A DNA stretch of 64,000 bases from Eutreptiella sp. 'Long Island Sound 2002' (Eukaryota; Protista; Euglenida): positions 125,178,001-125,242,000 of the forward strand of contig OZ038378.1 of the NCBI GenBank assembly GCA_964036045.1, in the 5' to 3' direction. Of the stretch, positions 22,700 to 37,474 are shown piece by piece (the stretch's first letter is position 1; the number at the start of each line of letters is the position of its first letter). The translations under genes were made by a program, and so were the position numbers. The notes below the pieces were generated by a model. The model saw only the letters and a list, made by a program, of their open reading frames with translations. It had not been told where the DNA came from and made no database searches.

Positions 22700-25600
22700 T
22701 ATATGTTATACATATGTATATATACAGTCATAGTCATACCCATAACCACTTGGCATGCCCTCTACTGGTGTCAACGGGAATTGTGCACCAACAGCTGCTC
22801 CCAGGGCTGCCTGAGGTGGCCCACACCTCAACAGAGGAGCCAGAAGACCGGGGATACTGGCCAACCGGGCTCTGGGGGTAGTGGCAATTTGAGAGCTTTA
22901 GCATTAGCAAGGGCGATAAGCGCTGGCCCGTTGCACCGCCGGGGATGTAGGGGCAAGACAGAGCAATGCAGCAGCATAGCAACAGGCAGAAAGCAAGGCT
23001 GCGTCCTATGGATGCAGCACAGCAGCCAAGAAACAAAGCAGCATGCATGCGGTGAAGCAAGAGCTGGCCCCGTCTTGGTGCCCATTCCCGGTACCCTTTG
23101 ACTGTCCATCCCCTAGGACCATGTGCACCGTGTAAGCCCCGACCCCGATAGCTGGGAGGCACAGTGCGAAAAAAGTGCACCGTGTAACCAGTAGCGAAGG
23201 GGCACAAGTCCAAAGACGAATAGCCAGGGTTTCTGGAGGGCTGCAGCCTAGCCTGGCCCTCACCCTTCCTTGCCCCCTTGTCCGCATTGTTCAGGCCACA
23301 AGTACTGTGAACCAACCTCAGGCTCCCCCCAGACAGAGATACAGTACTGCATACCGACGGCGGCCCTATCCCTACTGCTGTGGTGGGCAGCTCTGGAAGG
23401 CGACTTGCGGGTCCTTTGGTTGTGGCATCACGGGGGAAATGGTGAAGGCGCGGTGGGGGCCGGGGGTGATGCAGCTTGACAGAGTATGGGAAATGTGGGT
23501 GCGCTTGCCACCGTCCCTATGCCGGACGCAGCGGCGGGGGTGGCACCTGAGAAGCAGTGCCCTCATTGCCTGAGTCTGCTGTAATGGCAGACGGCGTATG
23601 ACGGCCGACACGATGTGACAGGTCCTGCCGGCCTGATGGTGAGCACGCAAATATACTCCATGGCCTCCAGTAACTAATAGCTGCACCCGCCGTTTATCCC
23701 CCTCAGACCCCAAATATATAGAGGACGGGTAGCCTCTGTCCCAGACTGTGACCTGAGCTGACTGTGGTATTTGTACATACCCACATATAATACTCAATGA
23801 GGGTCCACAGGGGGGAAGCCGGCAACCCCGCAGCATGAAAGGCATAACCCGTGAACATCCTTGTTTTGGTTGGGGCTAGTGGATGCTGTAACTTGGTTAA
23901 TCGACTCCCTGCATGGGTAACCACCAGAGGGTCTCCCCGGGCGTGGTAACAAGGTTCAGCTAATCCGGCCCAAATACGCTGCCCTCACACCTACCCTTGG
24001 CCCTTACCTGCACTGTTTGGCCAGCTCAAGTGGTTATGCCTTCTCCGCCACGGCAGCGACCAGGCCGCAGGTCTGACATCCACTCACAACGCTGCATGCC
24101 TACTTGCCTACCTGTGCCTCACCCCCTGGACCTCTCTTACAGTCTCAGTGTATTACGATACCTCACGGGCCGCTCAGGCATGTTCGCTTCATAAGGTCCT
24201 GCGTGGTTGCTGCCACGGCGCAGACAACATATATATAATGCCTGCTGCTGCCTCCGCCACGTCACACCGCCCGTTGTCACCGCCGTTGGGTTATTCGGCC
24301 ACAACGTGACGATCGCCCATTACGGCGGGTGCCTTCCGCGCCGCTTATGGCTGCCACCAGACTCGCCCCTGTGGCAACAGTTTCATGTGCAGAGGTCAAA
24401 TGGTTGGGCTATGTACACACCTGCAGGCACCGTTCCTCTAGTCTGTTTGAGGGGCCAGAGGATGCCCCAGTACCCCCTCTGAGATGTTTCAGGGGTCAGA
24501 GGGGCACGCCGGTAACGCCATGCGTCCCCCAGTACTCCCACTATACTACGCCCAGGGCCCATGAGCGACCCCTATACCTTCTTCAATGCGTCCCAGGGCC
24601 AGGGGACACCCCCGTAATCCCACTGATTTCCACCCCGGGGCCCAAGCGCGGCCCCAATGCCTCCTTGGCTGCACCATTTGTTCTCGGGCTGGTAGAGCCC
24701 CATACAATCGAAAGTCGCCACGGATGCGGCTGTGATCCCATGCGCCGCCCGGCCTGCCTAGCCGCCCCCCAGCCGATACCTGTAGCCCGCCCACAGGGAC
24801 GCCAACATATTCACCCAGCCCTCAGAGTAATTTGAGGGTGAACCCCCTGCGGATCCGCTACCCGGCCGATACCTTTGGCAAGCATACAAAGACGCGGACG
24901 TATCCATGCAACCGCCAGAGCAACCTGAGGGTAAAACCCCATCACTGCCAAAACCGGGCCGTCAGTACAGACACCGGTGCCATTGGAATACGGTACGGGC
25001 TTCGGGCCTTATTACCCTGGTCCAGAAGACCCATGACACCTCACTTTGGTATGCCGCAACTCGGCACAGGCGGGCACAGCCTTATATCACAAGGTGAACT
25101 GCGTGTGCGGAGGCAGTACAGTGCACTATCAGGCGGGCACAACCTGTCACATCAGGTTGGCCGTCACATGGCGATGGCCGTTGCCGCAGAAACAGCCTGG
25201 TAGAAGATAATTTCTCAAACGCCACCACCGCTTTTGGGTCCACCAGATGATCAACAGCCGGCTCCGCGACCGGGAAACCAATCTGGTCACGCTGCATCAC
25301 CCCGCACACCAGCAGCCTCCCTACAAAGCTCGTCTGTGCTGGCATAGCCACTGAACTAGCGAGTCACTATCCAGTGCAGCTGAACACAGTAGCAGGGGCA
25401 GTGCCGCAGCTGGGTCATCCAGGCACCGCACCCCATCCAACTGGATGCCTCCCAAATTGTGCTGAATTGCCTTCCACGCACTCGCCGACAGTTGCGCTGA
25501 GTTGCGTAGCACCTATCTGGCTTTCAACCACCCCCTCCTGGTGCGTTCTCGGCATCACCCACAAGGTGGGATAGAGGTACAAAGATGCACCCATATTGGC

Positions 25601-27330
25601 GCTGTCCCTCTGCACCCGCTGCATTTTGACAAAAGCACGGACCGCGATGGGACCCAGCCGCCTTCACAGCTCTATCACCACAGGTCCTGCCACACATCAT
25701 TGCAGGCCTGTTGGTGGTGAAGAAGCGCACCGGCGAGTGCATGACCAGTGGCACTACGGAGCACGCTTTGTTTCGCCTGGTTCCTGCTGGACACCCAGAC
25801 GAGAACTGGCTGTCAATCCAACGTTCCCTAGACATGCGCGAGTAGCGTGGGCCACTGCACTACCCGAAGACTCCGTCTGCCCCCCGCCAGGAGCTTTGAC
25901 CCATAGTCCTGCGTAATCTCCCGGACGACGTCCATTCTGCCTGAACGGGCTGCGGGCTGACGCGATCACCATGCGCTGCCCTCCTGATGGAGCCTCGACC
26001 ACCGGCTCAAGGTCTAAGGCGTCCACCGTGTGACGGGCGTCTGCAGGAACATTGTGGTCTCCCTGTGGTAATGATAACAGCACCTCTGTGATGCGTCCCG
26101 GAGCGTTGTTCCCCGTGGATTCGCACAAGCTGCTTGGACTCTACCAGAACAGCCATGCATTTCTGCCCCTCAGCCACCCGGATTGATCCTCTGTAGCTGC
26201 AGGTCATACAGCCACAGCGCCCCCACATCCAGCATGGTGGCCACCGCTGAAACTGGCAGGGTGCACAATAGTTATCCAAAGACGGGCGGCACTTCCCGGG
26301 GCCAGCTGATGCTGTTCCGGACAGCAGGACTGCTTGCAAATACCCGAAGCCAGGGTTTGCCGTGACCGTCCAAGTCGAGTACCATGGTACCGTGAATTGT
26401 GGCCCAGCACTGTGCGGAAACTGTACGGGATCATCTTGAGCTACCAAAGATTGGATCCATTTCTCAAATGCCTGTGCCGAGGCCGCGTCCCACAGGGGAA
26501 CAATGGGCATGGCCTCATCATGTGTGCTGTACGACCAGGACGCCAATAACTCATGCAGCGACGCCCTGTGAAAGGCCGCCTGTAGGTTGCCTCGGAGGCC
26601 ATCAAAAAGCCTCCAGGGCCGCAGCTTCTAAACGCTCCGAACCGGCAAACAGAAGGGGCCATCACCCTGCAGGAATGCATACACGGCCTTCCTCCCATCA
26701 CGCATCGGCAGTTGCACAATCTTGATGAGCTGATGAATCCTCTGGGCGTATCATACGTCCCCAATCTGGATCATGACTTCGAATAACACCTTGGCTTCCA
26801 GAGGGCCCGGGGACGACGGAGCCCTCAACGCCCTGAACAGCCGCTTGAGTTCTGCTGGGATGACTCCTGTAATAATGGACTCCGTCCACTCGAAGCCGTC
26901 CCCTTTCCAGGACATGACCTCCAGGGCTATGTCCGTGAGTGGAAGGTCAGGAGGAAACTCCTAAACCTACGCACACAGTATTCTCGCCGCCGCCTCGCCC
27001 CTTGCACATAGTATTTGCATGTGGCACGTCTCTTCTTCGAGTCCCCCACAGAAGATGGAGCATTGCACCGCAATCAGTTTGCGGGTGAACTTTTGCCGCC
27101 GGCGCCGCATGACTACATTCGTTGGGCGGTGGCTGTCCTGTACCCGCAGCAGGTCCCTGTGTGTAGAGCCGTGATGTACCGCCCAAAGCGGTACTGCCTG
27201 AAAGGCACCAGCGAACGGCGTCTGGGCCCTGGTGCGCGTTGCCAATGAGTGCCACTCCGCCTCTCTGACTTGCTGGGGGGCCTGCATGGTGGGCAAATGC
27301 GGCTGTAGCACTCCATCTACCTTAGGCACT
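22700..27330 (-). mobile_element. Highly degraded non-LTR retrotransposon (RT remnants)
   Basis: Degenerate RT-like segments around 26000-27000 (PLTDIALEVMS ~ RPISL..K; DGRKAV; GFGYLQAVLL ~ thumb YLG). Many stops. Confidence 0.4.
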
Positions 27331-27385
27331 AGGAGCGTTGCATGTTCCTTCCCCTACGTGCTCATTTGGGTCAGGTACCTCACAC

Positions 27386-28610
27386 GGTGGTTTCCCAGGG
27401 TTTAACGCGGTTGAATCATCGGAAGGGGCGCAGTTGAACCGCTGAACCCCGGTTGAACCGCGGTTGAACCACCGCAAGCGCTGGAGGCGGCAGCTGCGGC
27501 AGCGCTGCATGCCTTTCTGAGTAAAATGTTTCCATAACCATCTGAAACTGATGCCTGACAAAATTGTTTTCACAAATGTCCCAACACTAGCTGCAAGTGG
27601 TGAAAGACAGCTATAGCTGGTGGGGAGACCAAAAGCTGGTGGACGACTTCTTCACCTTTTTCTGCGCAGACAGGAGGACAAAAAGCCTATGTAAACAACT
27701 TGCTGACCGAATTGGTAACACACAGAACGCTTCAAAGGAGACATAAAGGGCTACAAAAAAAGCTTCCACAGGATCAGACACTGTGCGCCGTAATTTGGAT
27801 CTTGGGATGCCAAAACGAAGGTATGTGCCATAATGCACACATGCCAACAACTGGTTCAACGTGGTTCAATGGTGCGCTTGCACCCTTAACACAAATGATG
27901 CATTGTGTTTGCGCTTCATGACAACGTTTGCACGCCAAAGGGATCGCTTCATGCTGCCCAAAGCCCGAACATACGAGTTGCAACGTGTTGCCTGCGTCAA
28001 AAATGTAACTACTTTGCGATTTGTACCATTGGACTCTCTTTGGTGCCATGAGCGCAACACATTCAACCGCATGCTCAACCGCCCACTTTATCCATCTTCC
28101 TTGGTTCAACCGTCCCTAGGTACAAGAAGTTTATTTCGTGGACTGATGCCAAAGAGAAGGAGGGCGATGCAAGCACCGTCCCATGGACACATTGCTTTCT
28201 GTCGTATGCAACGATGGATAAAACTTGGTCCACGTTAAGTGAGAGACCAGTACTAAAAACGACCATAAAGGATGGAAGAGTTGGCGTTCTTTGGGATGTG
28301 GATGATTCGATAAAACATATGGGTGATCAAAGGGATGTGTTAGAAGAAGTGCACTTCCCAGAATTGAAGGAAAGTAACCCCTATGTACTTACAGCGTGTG
28401 GTGATGAGTTTCCATGTGGAGCAAGGTCATGGTGCAAAATTGCATGTGGATTTGCGAACGACATGCAAAAAGCCCAAACCTTGCTCTACAATTGGACCCT
28501 TGACCTTGCTCTCGTAAGTGAGCATGAAACAGATCTTGTGCGTGTACTCTTTGGACAGACAAACAAAAAAATACAACAAATTATTGACCGGGGTTACATG
28601 TTGCTCTGAG
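27386..28610 (+). mobile_element. Fragment of a DDE DNA transposon related to 5281-7177, with spliced transposase
   Basis: Same GGTTGAAC subterminal motifs. Exon ...LDLGMPKR|, GT-AG intron 27821-28119, then |RYKKFISW... in frame with ORF 28214-28609 (LTACGDEFPCGARSW...YNWTLDLALVSEH), resembling the first catalytic Asp region of CMC/Transib-type transposases. Confidence 0.65.
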
Positions 28611-28619
28611 GGTTTCGGG

Positions 28620-31600
28620 TGCGAACGGTTGTCATTATTGGAGGCAAGCATCATCATCAGCCACCTAAGCGCCGCCCCCACCAGCGACAATCACACCGAT
28701 CCACCCACAGCCACCGACATTGCCGTGCAGGACGCCACGCACAAACCGGGCCTCACGGATCTGACAGCAGGCCTCACTGGCACACCCTCCCACTATCCCC
28801 TCCAGGCCGGCACCGAACGCTCCTGCATCGACACGTGCTGCGGGGACCCGACCACGGTACGCGTCCACGAGGCAACCTACAGGGACCTCTCACCTGCAGG
28901 CACGGGCCACCGACCCCTCTACATGGACCTCATCATCCCCAACCTACCCCCACCCGCGGCAACCATGCCCGACGACACCCTTACAGGCGCGCTGCAGTTC
29001 CCACCCGAAGACGACCACGGCGCCTGGCAGGAGTACAACAGGGCCTTGCACACCATCCTCCGCCGCCCTGTTGCCCATACACTCACCAACGCCATGCGCC
29101 AGGCGGAGCAAGACTGCGGCATGGAACGCCACACCAAGCGCACGGGAACACCGCCTGACCTCACACGCCAAACAACTCGTCCATTACATTTGGACCACAA
29201 AAGAGGAGTGCAGCATCCTGCACCACCCCAGCACACCGGAGGCTCGGGAACGCGACGCCCACCTCCCAGAAGTCCTCATCAATTGGGGCTACCAGCTCTA
29301 GGAGTGGTACCCCCAGCGCATGGCAGCCACCGCCCAAGAACGCGAAAGATGCGGCATAAACGACACGCCGTACAAGTGCCTACGGTACGTCAGCTGCATG
29401 CTGGCGGACACGGGACGCCGCACCATCCACGTCATACGCACCCCCCATTGGAGGCCTCACCAATGACCCCAACACCGTCCTCCAGGCCGTTCTGGATAGC
29501 TTCCAGGCGGAAAACGGGGACGCGCTCTCCACACTTGACCCCCATATCAGAAGCACCATGCGCGGCAACGTACCAAATGTCTTCAACCGGGAACAACCGC
29601 GCGCCATCGAACATACCCTCTTCGGCATCCCAGAACTCCAGCGCGCCCTGGAACGCCTGAAAAAGGGGGTCGTGCCAGGCGTCAACGGGCTGCCGGCCGA
29701 AGCGTACCAACGCCTCACCCTGCCCATCAAGCACCGCCTGGCAGCATGCCTGTGGCACATCGTCACGGGCGCCACAAACATCCGCCCTGAGTAAGCCAAT
29801 CTAATCCACCCCCTCTAAAAGGAGGGGGACTGGGCACAGTGAGGAAACGCCGGCCCATTGTATGCGCCACCACCGAAGTCAAGCTGGTTTGGACGCTAAC
29901 CCTGGGCCGCATTGCGCTGGCAGGCTTCGCCCAAGTGCCTGCCAGCATGTGGAGGGCTCTGGCAGGCAGGTCCCACCACGACGCCCTCTTCCTCAGGGAC
30001 ACGGCGCTGGACATGAACCCCTACAAGATGATTGTTGGCTCCCTCGATGTCCAAGACGCGTTCCCCCACGCGCCGCACCTGCTTCCCACGAAGGTATGGG
30101 GAGGCATGGGCCTCCCATTCCTGACATTCATGGCTGGATGCATCCAGACCTCGCTCTACGCTGTCATCACGGCAACAGGCCTTACCCCATGGACCGGCAC
30201 AGACAGCAGGGACTCCCAAGGTGGCGCTGAAGGCGAGAAGACCCCTTCCTTCAATTCCTGGTTGCCCTCCCGCTGGCATTTGAACTGGCACAGGAATACC
30301 CGGGATACACCCCATACCCACTAAGGTCCCTCCTCGTAAGCTTGGCGGACAACAAACTCCAGACCACGGCCAACCGCCTCCCCAACTGCGCAAACGCAGG
30401 GCTACCAACGACCACCAACCAAGCGCCTGCCATTCTCCAGCTGACGACAACCTACCTGGACGCCTGGCACCTCCTGGTGCACCCCCGCAAGTCGGTCTGG
30501 CTGGCTGATGTCCAGAGCCCCGCGAACCACATCCGAAAAGGCGGGCCCCTGCAACTGAAGCACACCACAGTCGATCTGCAGGTCACACAAGCCATACGGC
30601 ATCACAACATCCAACCTCCCAACAAGCTGGTAGGGCGCTCCACCCAACTGCGTCAGCATGCCAGGGGGACGTCCTGTCTACGCAGGGCCTGGTGTACCTT
30701 ATGGTGGCGGTGCTCAACGCGGCCATTGGGTACCAGGCCATACACCTCCCGAGCCCCCAGCACGCCCTACGTCACGCACGGCAACAAGTAACCAAGGCAT
30801 GGGCGCAGCAGGGAGCCTCGCCCGCATCCTTCACCAGGGTAGCCATGATGGCCCACTGGCGCTACTACGGGAACAACACTGGAGCCCTAGTCAACACGGC
30901 CTACGCCAAACACGCGGCACACCTCCTACATGGGATGACACATAACCACAAACCCGAGGTCCGCAAAGATGGAGCTGTACGGATCAAGGAAGCGCAAACA
31001 GCGAGCAATGCCTGCCCTCCATGGATACTGGCACAGCACGGCGTCCAGACCTCTGTGAGCACCAGCATTTGTGCCCAGCTGCAGCGCCCTCTGCCGCACC
31101 ACACTCGTGCCATCCGCACGAACGATCATTGCGATCAGCAAGTTCGCATGTGGCCACGTACACCGACATCCACCGGCACCCGGCAGGCAAGGTGGACACC
31201 CCGCGCCTCGTGGAGGCCACCATCCCCATTCTATACATCACTCCAACACAGAGGAAAGTCATGGCCCCATGCGAAGCCCGCCACACCCCTTTCCTCGCCG
31301 ACCCGCAATGGGCAACACGACGCCTATTCCAGGCGTACCTCCGCACATGCCCCACAAAAGCGGGGCGTACAATGCCGGGACCCAAGGACATCAGCGCGGA
31401 CTACAAGCCCTTCCATCCCCAGCACCTAGGCCCTGCTCGAGTGAGCACAAAGCCGTCACGAACGGTGGCACAAAGCGGGAGGAGCCCACGGTGTAGCGTG
31501 AGGGCTGGGCACCACCCACCATCCTACAACTAGCGCCCAATGGGCACAAGCAAGCTATCCGCACCGTCCAGCGACACCACACTCCCTGGTCCATCCAGTA

Positions 31601-34600
31601 ACTCAAAGCCTCGGGGACGGATGTGCCATCCGTCAGGCACGATCACCAAGGCACACCATTCACGTGCTGGAACTCCTGTCCCGCAGCCCTGGACACCCCA
31701 TGGCCCCTGCTACACCTCATCTCCACCCACTACCACACCCCCATTGCGGCCGCCGCCACCGCGGACCAGCAGGCATGGCTCTCCCCCTGGTTTCACAAGG
31801 TGCCCCGAGGCCACCGAGTTCACGTGGCCTGCCCGCTCCTACGCCACAGCGGGGATGGCCTGAACATGGCAGCCCGCCAAATCCTCCTCGCCCTCCCCGG
31901 ACGCAGCCTCCGGCTCCCGGACCCGCAGCTCTCTACCCCCCACATAGCAGCCCCGCCAACGGAGACGCGGGCGGAGATGGCACCAGAGGAGGTGTCGGTC
32001 TACCTCCGGCGCACCTGCCGCCGGTTCAACAACGCTTTCGGCCGGCAAACAGGAACACCCTAACCTATCAGCAAACTCCTCTACCCAGCAAAGCCCCCCT
32101 CTCGCATCCAGCTGACGCCCCCCGAGGGCTGGGCGTCCTTTCGGGACAGTCACCTAACCGCCCCCAGCGAAGTGGACCAACGCGCCTAGGTCAGGTACCT
32201 CCAGACATGCCTCAGAGAGAGGCATCGCATGCACACCAGCGCCCTTTCACCCCCACGGGGACTGGTAGGGCCACCTGCCCCCGACGCCCACCAGGCCAAC
32301 AAGACCAAAACGGGCCAAGGGGCCCGCCAGCGCGCCTGCCAACAGGGCGCGGTGCCCGAGCCGGGACTGGGGCCAAGCCGCATAGCATCAGCCCACTTCC
32401 AAGTCCCCGAACCACGCCGCTAGCAACACCCTCTCCAACGCCGACCGCCACTGCGGTACCACGGCATCCCCACCCTGCACCAACGCCAACCGGTGCACAC
32501 CACACACGGACTGCTGCCCTCACAAATCCCAGCCGCACATTGGCCGCCGGATGCGCAGGGCCAGGGAACATGGCATCACCAGCAGCACCAGCACGCCCCC
32601 GCCACTTCAAAACACCTGCCTTCCGCTGCCCCTATACCACAGCGACCCCCACCAGCTCCATCATCATTACGCCCAGCACAGCTTGGGTCCACAGGCTGCC
32701 CAGCCCACGCGGCGCACCATACCACGCCGTGAACCAAAGACACACCTACCACCACCACCAGCCCTTGCCAGTGTACCAAACAGTGCCATGGAGCCAAACG
32801 CAACCAGCACACCCTCACCACCACCACCACACGGCCGCGCACCACCTGCCGGCCCGGCCAACACGGTGCCACAATGTTCGGGCCGCCATACACCCCCATA
32901 GTCCAACAAGGGGCCATGCACGCGCACCAACAACAACAAGTCCGGCACAGACTACCCCATCACTACCTAGCAACCCCTCAGCCGCAGCCTCTGCCTGCAA
33001 GCACCGCCCACCAACAGCAGCCCACCGCCGGCAAACCGCAGTCCAACCCGGAGTTCCAGGCAGCCACCTGCCAAGTCAACGCCACGGACAACCGGGGGCC
33101 TCATGACCCACCCAACGCACACACACACCACCCACAAGACCGGGGGACACCTTCCCCCCCAGATGCTGAGCAACCACCCGCCACACAGAGGCACCAACCA
33201 GCCCCCACGGAGCCCGCCCCCCGCCGATGGGCCCGTCTGCAAACCTCCCCTCCCGCGGCCAACAAGGGAAACCTAATCACCACACACCGCACACTGCAGC
33301 GGTGACATCCCCCCGCGCCCAAACCACCGCCCTCACCACACGCCGCTAAACCAGCTGCCGCACCGGCCGAACCTCCCGCCCCTTTTGTCATCCACAACAC
33401 GCCCGCTGTACAGCAGCGCCCCCAGGGTCACGGGTACCAGGAGGAACTGCACCTCCGCACCTCGGGCAACACCCAGCCCGTCCAGGGGGCCGCCCTCATC
33501 CAGGCGGCCACCCTGGGCCGAGGCGTCCGAGACTTGCTCTTCGACCCTTCCTCCACGTCGCCCGACACAAGAGCCCCCCGCTCGCCAGCCCCGACTGCGA
33601 ACGCCCGCCCCCCCCAGGAGACCGCGTCTGGGTGCCCCTGATCACCCGGGGGCGGCACCTTGTGGGAGACCCCCAGCCCCAGCGGGTGACCTCCACGGGC
33701 CGCACCCGCTTTCGCGAGCCCAACATCGCCCAGCCCCCACCCGGCGCCACCCAAGCCAACACCATGGCTTGGGACAGGAGGACCTGGGTTGACCGCGTGG
33801 CCTCCCTGAGCAACTTCAGGGACCACGTCCAAGCGGACATCCCCTCCACCGCCAGCCAGTCCCCTCGATGTACATGACCCTCATATACAACAAACACTAC
33901 CCCCTCTCCACCACCCACTACCACGCACCAACCCAGACCTGGTTAGTCAACAGCACCCACTCCCTCCTCTCCGCCAAATAAATCCCCCCCCCCCCGCACA
34001 GCCCCGGCCCTGACATGTACACAAGGGAGGACAAGCCTGGCAGCCCCGCATCCAGGGCACGTGGGGGCACAATTTCCTGGACACGCTGCTCTCCATCCGC
34101 AGCGGCAACCAGGGGCCTTGCAGGGAGATGTATTGCATTGCCAAGTGGAACCAACGGTCCTGGCGTATCAAGTACGGCGTCCACATGTACTTACGGCACG
34201 CAGCGACCTTACCCCGAACAGACTAGGCCAACGTCCTCAAACTCCCGTTCTACCAACCGTAATGCCGCCTCCAACGCCCTAACACCCGGTGCAGGACCCC
34301 GCCCCCCGCCCGGGCACCATCCACCGCACACAAGACCAGCGCAGCACGCAGGAGCACCACAGGCTCCACACGCAGGCCCACCAGCATGCGCACTCTGCAA
34401 GCCCCGATCCCCCCACCCCACCATCCGTCCACAGGTACCGCCAACCGCCGGCCACCGCATGCCCCCTCTGCGTACGCCTACGGCTGCCACAAACGGCCCT
34501 GCCCTGCAACCCGTGCCACTGGGCCTGCCTAGGGGCCGCGACCGCCTCATCTGGTGCCCCCACTGCGGGGAGCTAAACCCCCACCACCACGCGCAGCCCG

Positions 34601-35320
34601 CCACCACGGCCGCGCCCCCCCCCCGCCAGCCACCCCAGCTTCTTTGGGCCCCGGACAGACACCCTCCGAGACTACCTGGGAGGGTTTACGCAGCAGACCT
34701 GGCGGACCAAACATGGGCCATTGCAATGGCCACGGGCGAAAAATCTCTGCTTCTCGACACGTGGAAGGTCACCCTCTGTCTCCAGCAGAAGCAGGCCCCC
34801 CTGAGCCGCACGGGACCCACCCCCCCACGCCCCACCATCATGCAACTCTGCCCGTTCATGGTGGCGGCCTGCCTCATGACCCTGCTGTGGCCGGGCCCGG
34901 TCACGCCGACCAAGCACTTACCACACCTCACAGAGGAGGGCATACCCGGCATCCAGCGGTGCTTTTATGGCACCCTCAACTGCCCCCAGGAGTGAGACCC
35001 GCATGTCCTGGTGCTAACGTGGACCCCCTTCCGGGTAGCTCACCAACCCGCGCATCCAAGACGACTACACGACACCTCCAGGCACCACACATGACACAAC
35101 CCACGGCACCGGCACCTGCATGCCAACAGGACACCAGGAAAGGCCCGCGCACACGCCCGATGCCCAAACCCGCACCCTCACCCTCCTTGTCCACAGGACC
35201 CAGCAAGCAGCACCCGTGTCCGCCGTCCAGTACCCCCGGCTGTCCGCCACGTCCGTCTTGTCCGCCTCCGACTCCATTCAGGACCCGCGGCCGTCCCCAA
35301 CGTCCGTTTCCTCTAGGGTT
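28620..35320 (+). mobile_element. Degraded GC-rich LINE (APE C-terminus, RT, long Pro-rich 3' part)
   Basis: SCIDTCCG...GTGHRPLY (APE end); KGVVPGVNGLPAEAY; RPIVCATTEVKLVW; VGSLDVQDAFP; SQGGAEG; SLADN (YxDD position). Many frameshifts. Confidence 0.7.
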
Positions 35321-35340
35321 TGGAACGGGTGTTACCAATT

Positions 35341-35738
35341 GATCTGAAAAACCGGTTATCGGCAATAATCGGAGGTTATTTTCAAAACGATTGGCACAAG
35401 CGGTTATTTTGAAAGCTGATTGAAACCAGTTAATCGGAATGGTCCCAATTTTTGTGGGTTCCTTTGGGCAGTAAATTCTGTCCAATTTTTGCACTAAACA
35501 GAGGCTTTGGTAGCAATAAAGGATGGCCAATGGTGAATTACAAGTTCCCACGTAGTTTTGATCAAGGTGTTCTAACTTGTATGGGCTCTCTTGTGCCGAT
35601 GGCAAGATTTTGGTTAGTGAAGGACAAATAAATCGCCAAAACCGGTCATTTTGAAAACTGTTAATTGGCAGAAGCAGCTTTTCCCCTAAAAATAATCGTT
35701 TAAAACCCGTTATTTTCAAAACTATCAGGTTTCAGATC
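35341..35738. mobile_element. AT-rich MITE-like insert
   Basis: Sharp composition drop, 9-bp inverted ends GATCTGAAA/TTTCAGATC and repeated GGTTAT...TTTTCAAAAC motifs. No TSD found. Confidence 0.35.
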
Positions 35739-35739
35739 G

Positions 35740-37474
35740 TACTCTGCTCCGCCTCCAACTGCGGAACCTCCAACACCACAACCACCTCGTCAACCTTCCC
35801 CACAGCATCCTCAACCGGAAGACCACCCCTGAAACCGCAGGCAACGCCGTCCAAGCAAGCCCCCAAAACCCATCGCTGCCGCCAGCGCCCCCGCCACCGC
35901 CCAGGTCTCCGCAGCCCGACGACCCGCTACCGGCAAAGCGGGCCGGCAGCACACCCCAGCGAGGCCCGCACCCGCAGCTCACCCGAAACCCCAACCCGCC
36001 GCCACGCCGCAACCCAAAACCCAGGCACCACCCAAGACCACCGCAAAGCAGCAACCCAAACCTAGCGCCACACCGCAGCCCAACCCGCCGCCAAACCCGA
36101 GTGCAAGTCCCAGCCCGGCGCCAAGCCGGCAGCGCAAACAGAGCCCCGGGAAAAAGTCCTCTACGACCTCCAGCCCCTGCAGCACACGGCACAAGTCCCC
36201 GCCGCCATCAAAATCGAAGCCGCCTAACCCGCAAATCACGCCCACGGGCCGCACTTGAAGCATAAACGAGACAGGAGCCGACAAACACGAACCTCGCCCA
36301 ACAGCCCCTAACCCTCCGAGCCTCACCCCGCCCACCCAGGCAGAAAGGTCGCCAGAGCCCACGCCTGAAGCCATCACAATTGCCTAACCTGCCAGAACAA
36401 CCGGACCCGCGAGTTACGCCCGCTAACCCCGCCCGAGGTGTACCTAAGATGCAAAGAGACACCAGACCCAACCCACACCCGAACCCGTGTATATTATGAC
36501 ACGCGAGCCGCAACCTTGGGGCGCGACCGCTGGGAAGACACGAGCAATGCAAACCACAACGAGGAACACAGCACTGCTGCACCGCTGCTTCAAATGCCCA
36601 TGCCTGTGGCTGTAGTGTTTGCCCGCCCCTTTTCCGGTTTTCGTCTTTTTAAAAAAAGCTAAAAACAAAAAACAAAAACAAAAGCAAAAGCTAAAAAAAC
36701 AAAGCATCAAGCACGCAACAACAAAAAAAAAAGAGGGGGGTGGGACCCCCACGCAGCCACGGACGCCAGGCGCGTGACGCACACAACGCGCACACCGGTG
36801 AACAAGCGCCATGTGGGCACGGACACGCACACAGGACACACTGGATGCGCACACCGGTGAACAAGCGCCAAGGGGCCCCCGGCACCGCACACGGGTACAC
36901 ACCTAGGGTAGCAGAGGGACAGGACACAACAAACCACACCCCAAGGGTATGACGCACTGGAGTGACCCAGCTGACCCGCCGGACTAGTAGGAGGAGCGGT
37001 ACTCCAATGCCACTTGTCGGATCCCGGCCAGGCTGCATCAGGGACCGTGGCAAACGTCACTCAGAGACATGGAAACAACCGGTGACAGGCGATCCGGCAA
37101 TCAGCCCAGCAGAGGGTGCCAAGCAGCCGGGCGCCGCAACCCAAACCAGAGGGGTGAGAGCGAAGTACCGTAGACTCGCGGGAGCGGTACCCTCGGTGGT
37201 GAGAGATACTCCAAAAAGCTGGGCAGCCCCCGGGAGCTGCCACCCGCAGGACGGGGCATGTGACCCTAGCCGCGGACACATGGTTCGACAGCCTCCCGTC
37301 CGGGACACCTGGAGCGGCTGGCCGCGACACTGCTTCCCGAAGCGCCTGCAGGAGCGGCTCAAGAGGCGCCCGACCTGGGGCAGTGGAAGGGACAGGACGT
37401 CCCAGTGACAAGACCTTCTTGCTGCGTCCGCAAAAGAAGGCATCCCGAGCTCCCAGAGGGACCTACCTACCTAG
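35740..37474 (+). mobile_element. Composite (ACCT)n-ended element, copy A (Pro-rich body, A-rich tract, 56-bp repeats, ~500-bp terminal module)
   Basis: Same order and recognisable homology as 51486-55136 (inverted): EKVLYDL vs EDVLYDI, block 36440-36620 vs 52640-52820, and terminal module 36958-37474 vs 51486-52030. Confidence 0.7.

Noticed and set aside
27513-27522. Second SL relic (CTTTCTGAGT)
   Set aside because: Only 10 nt match and the 3' part is absent, so it is compatible with chance.
33400-33900. Restriction-like endonuclease (dual-endonuclease LINE)
   Set aside because: No convincing CCHC plus PD-(D/E)xK motif could be read in any frame.
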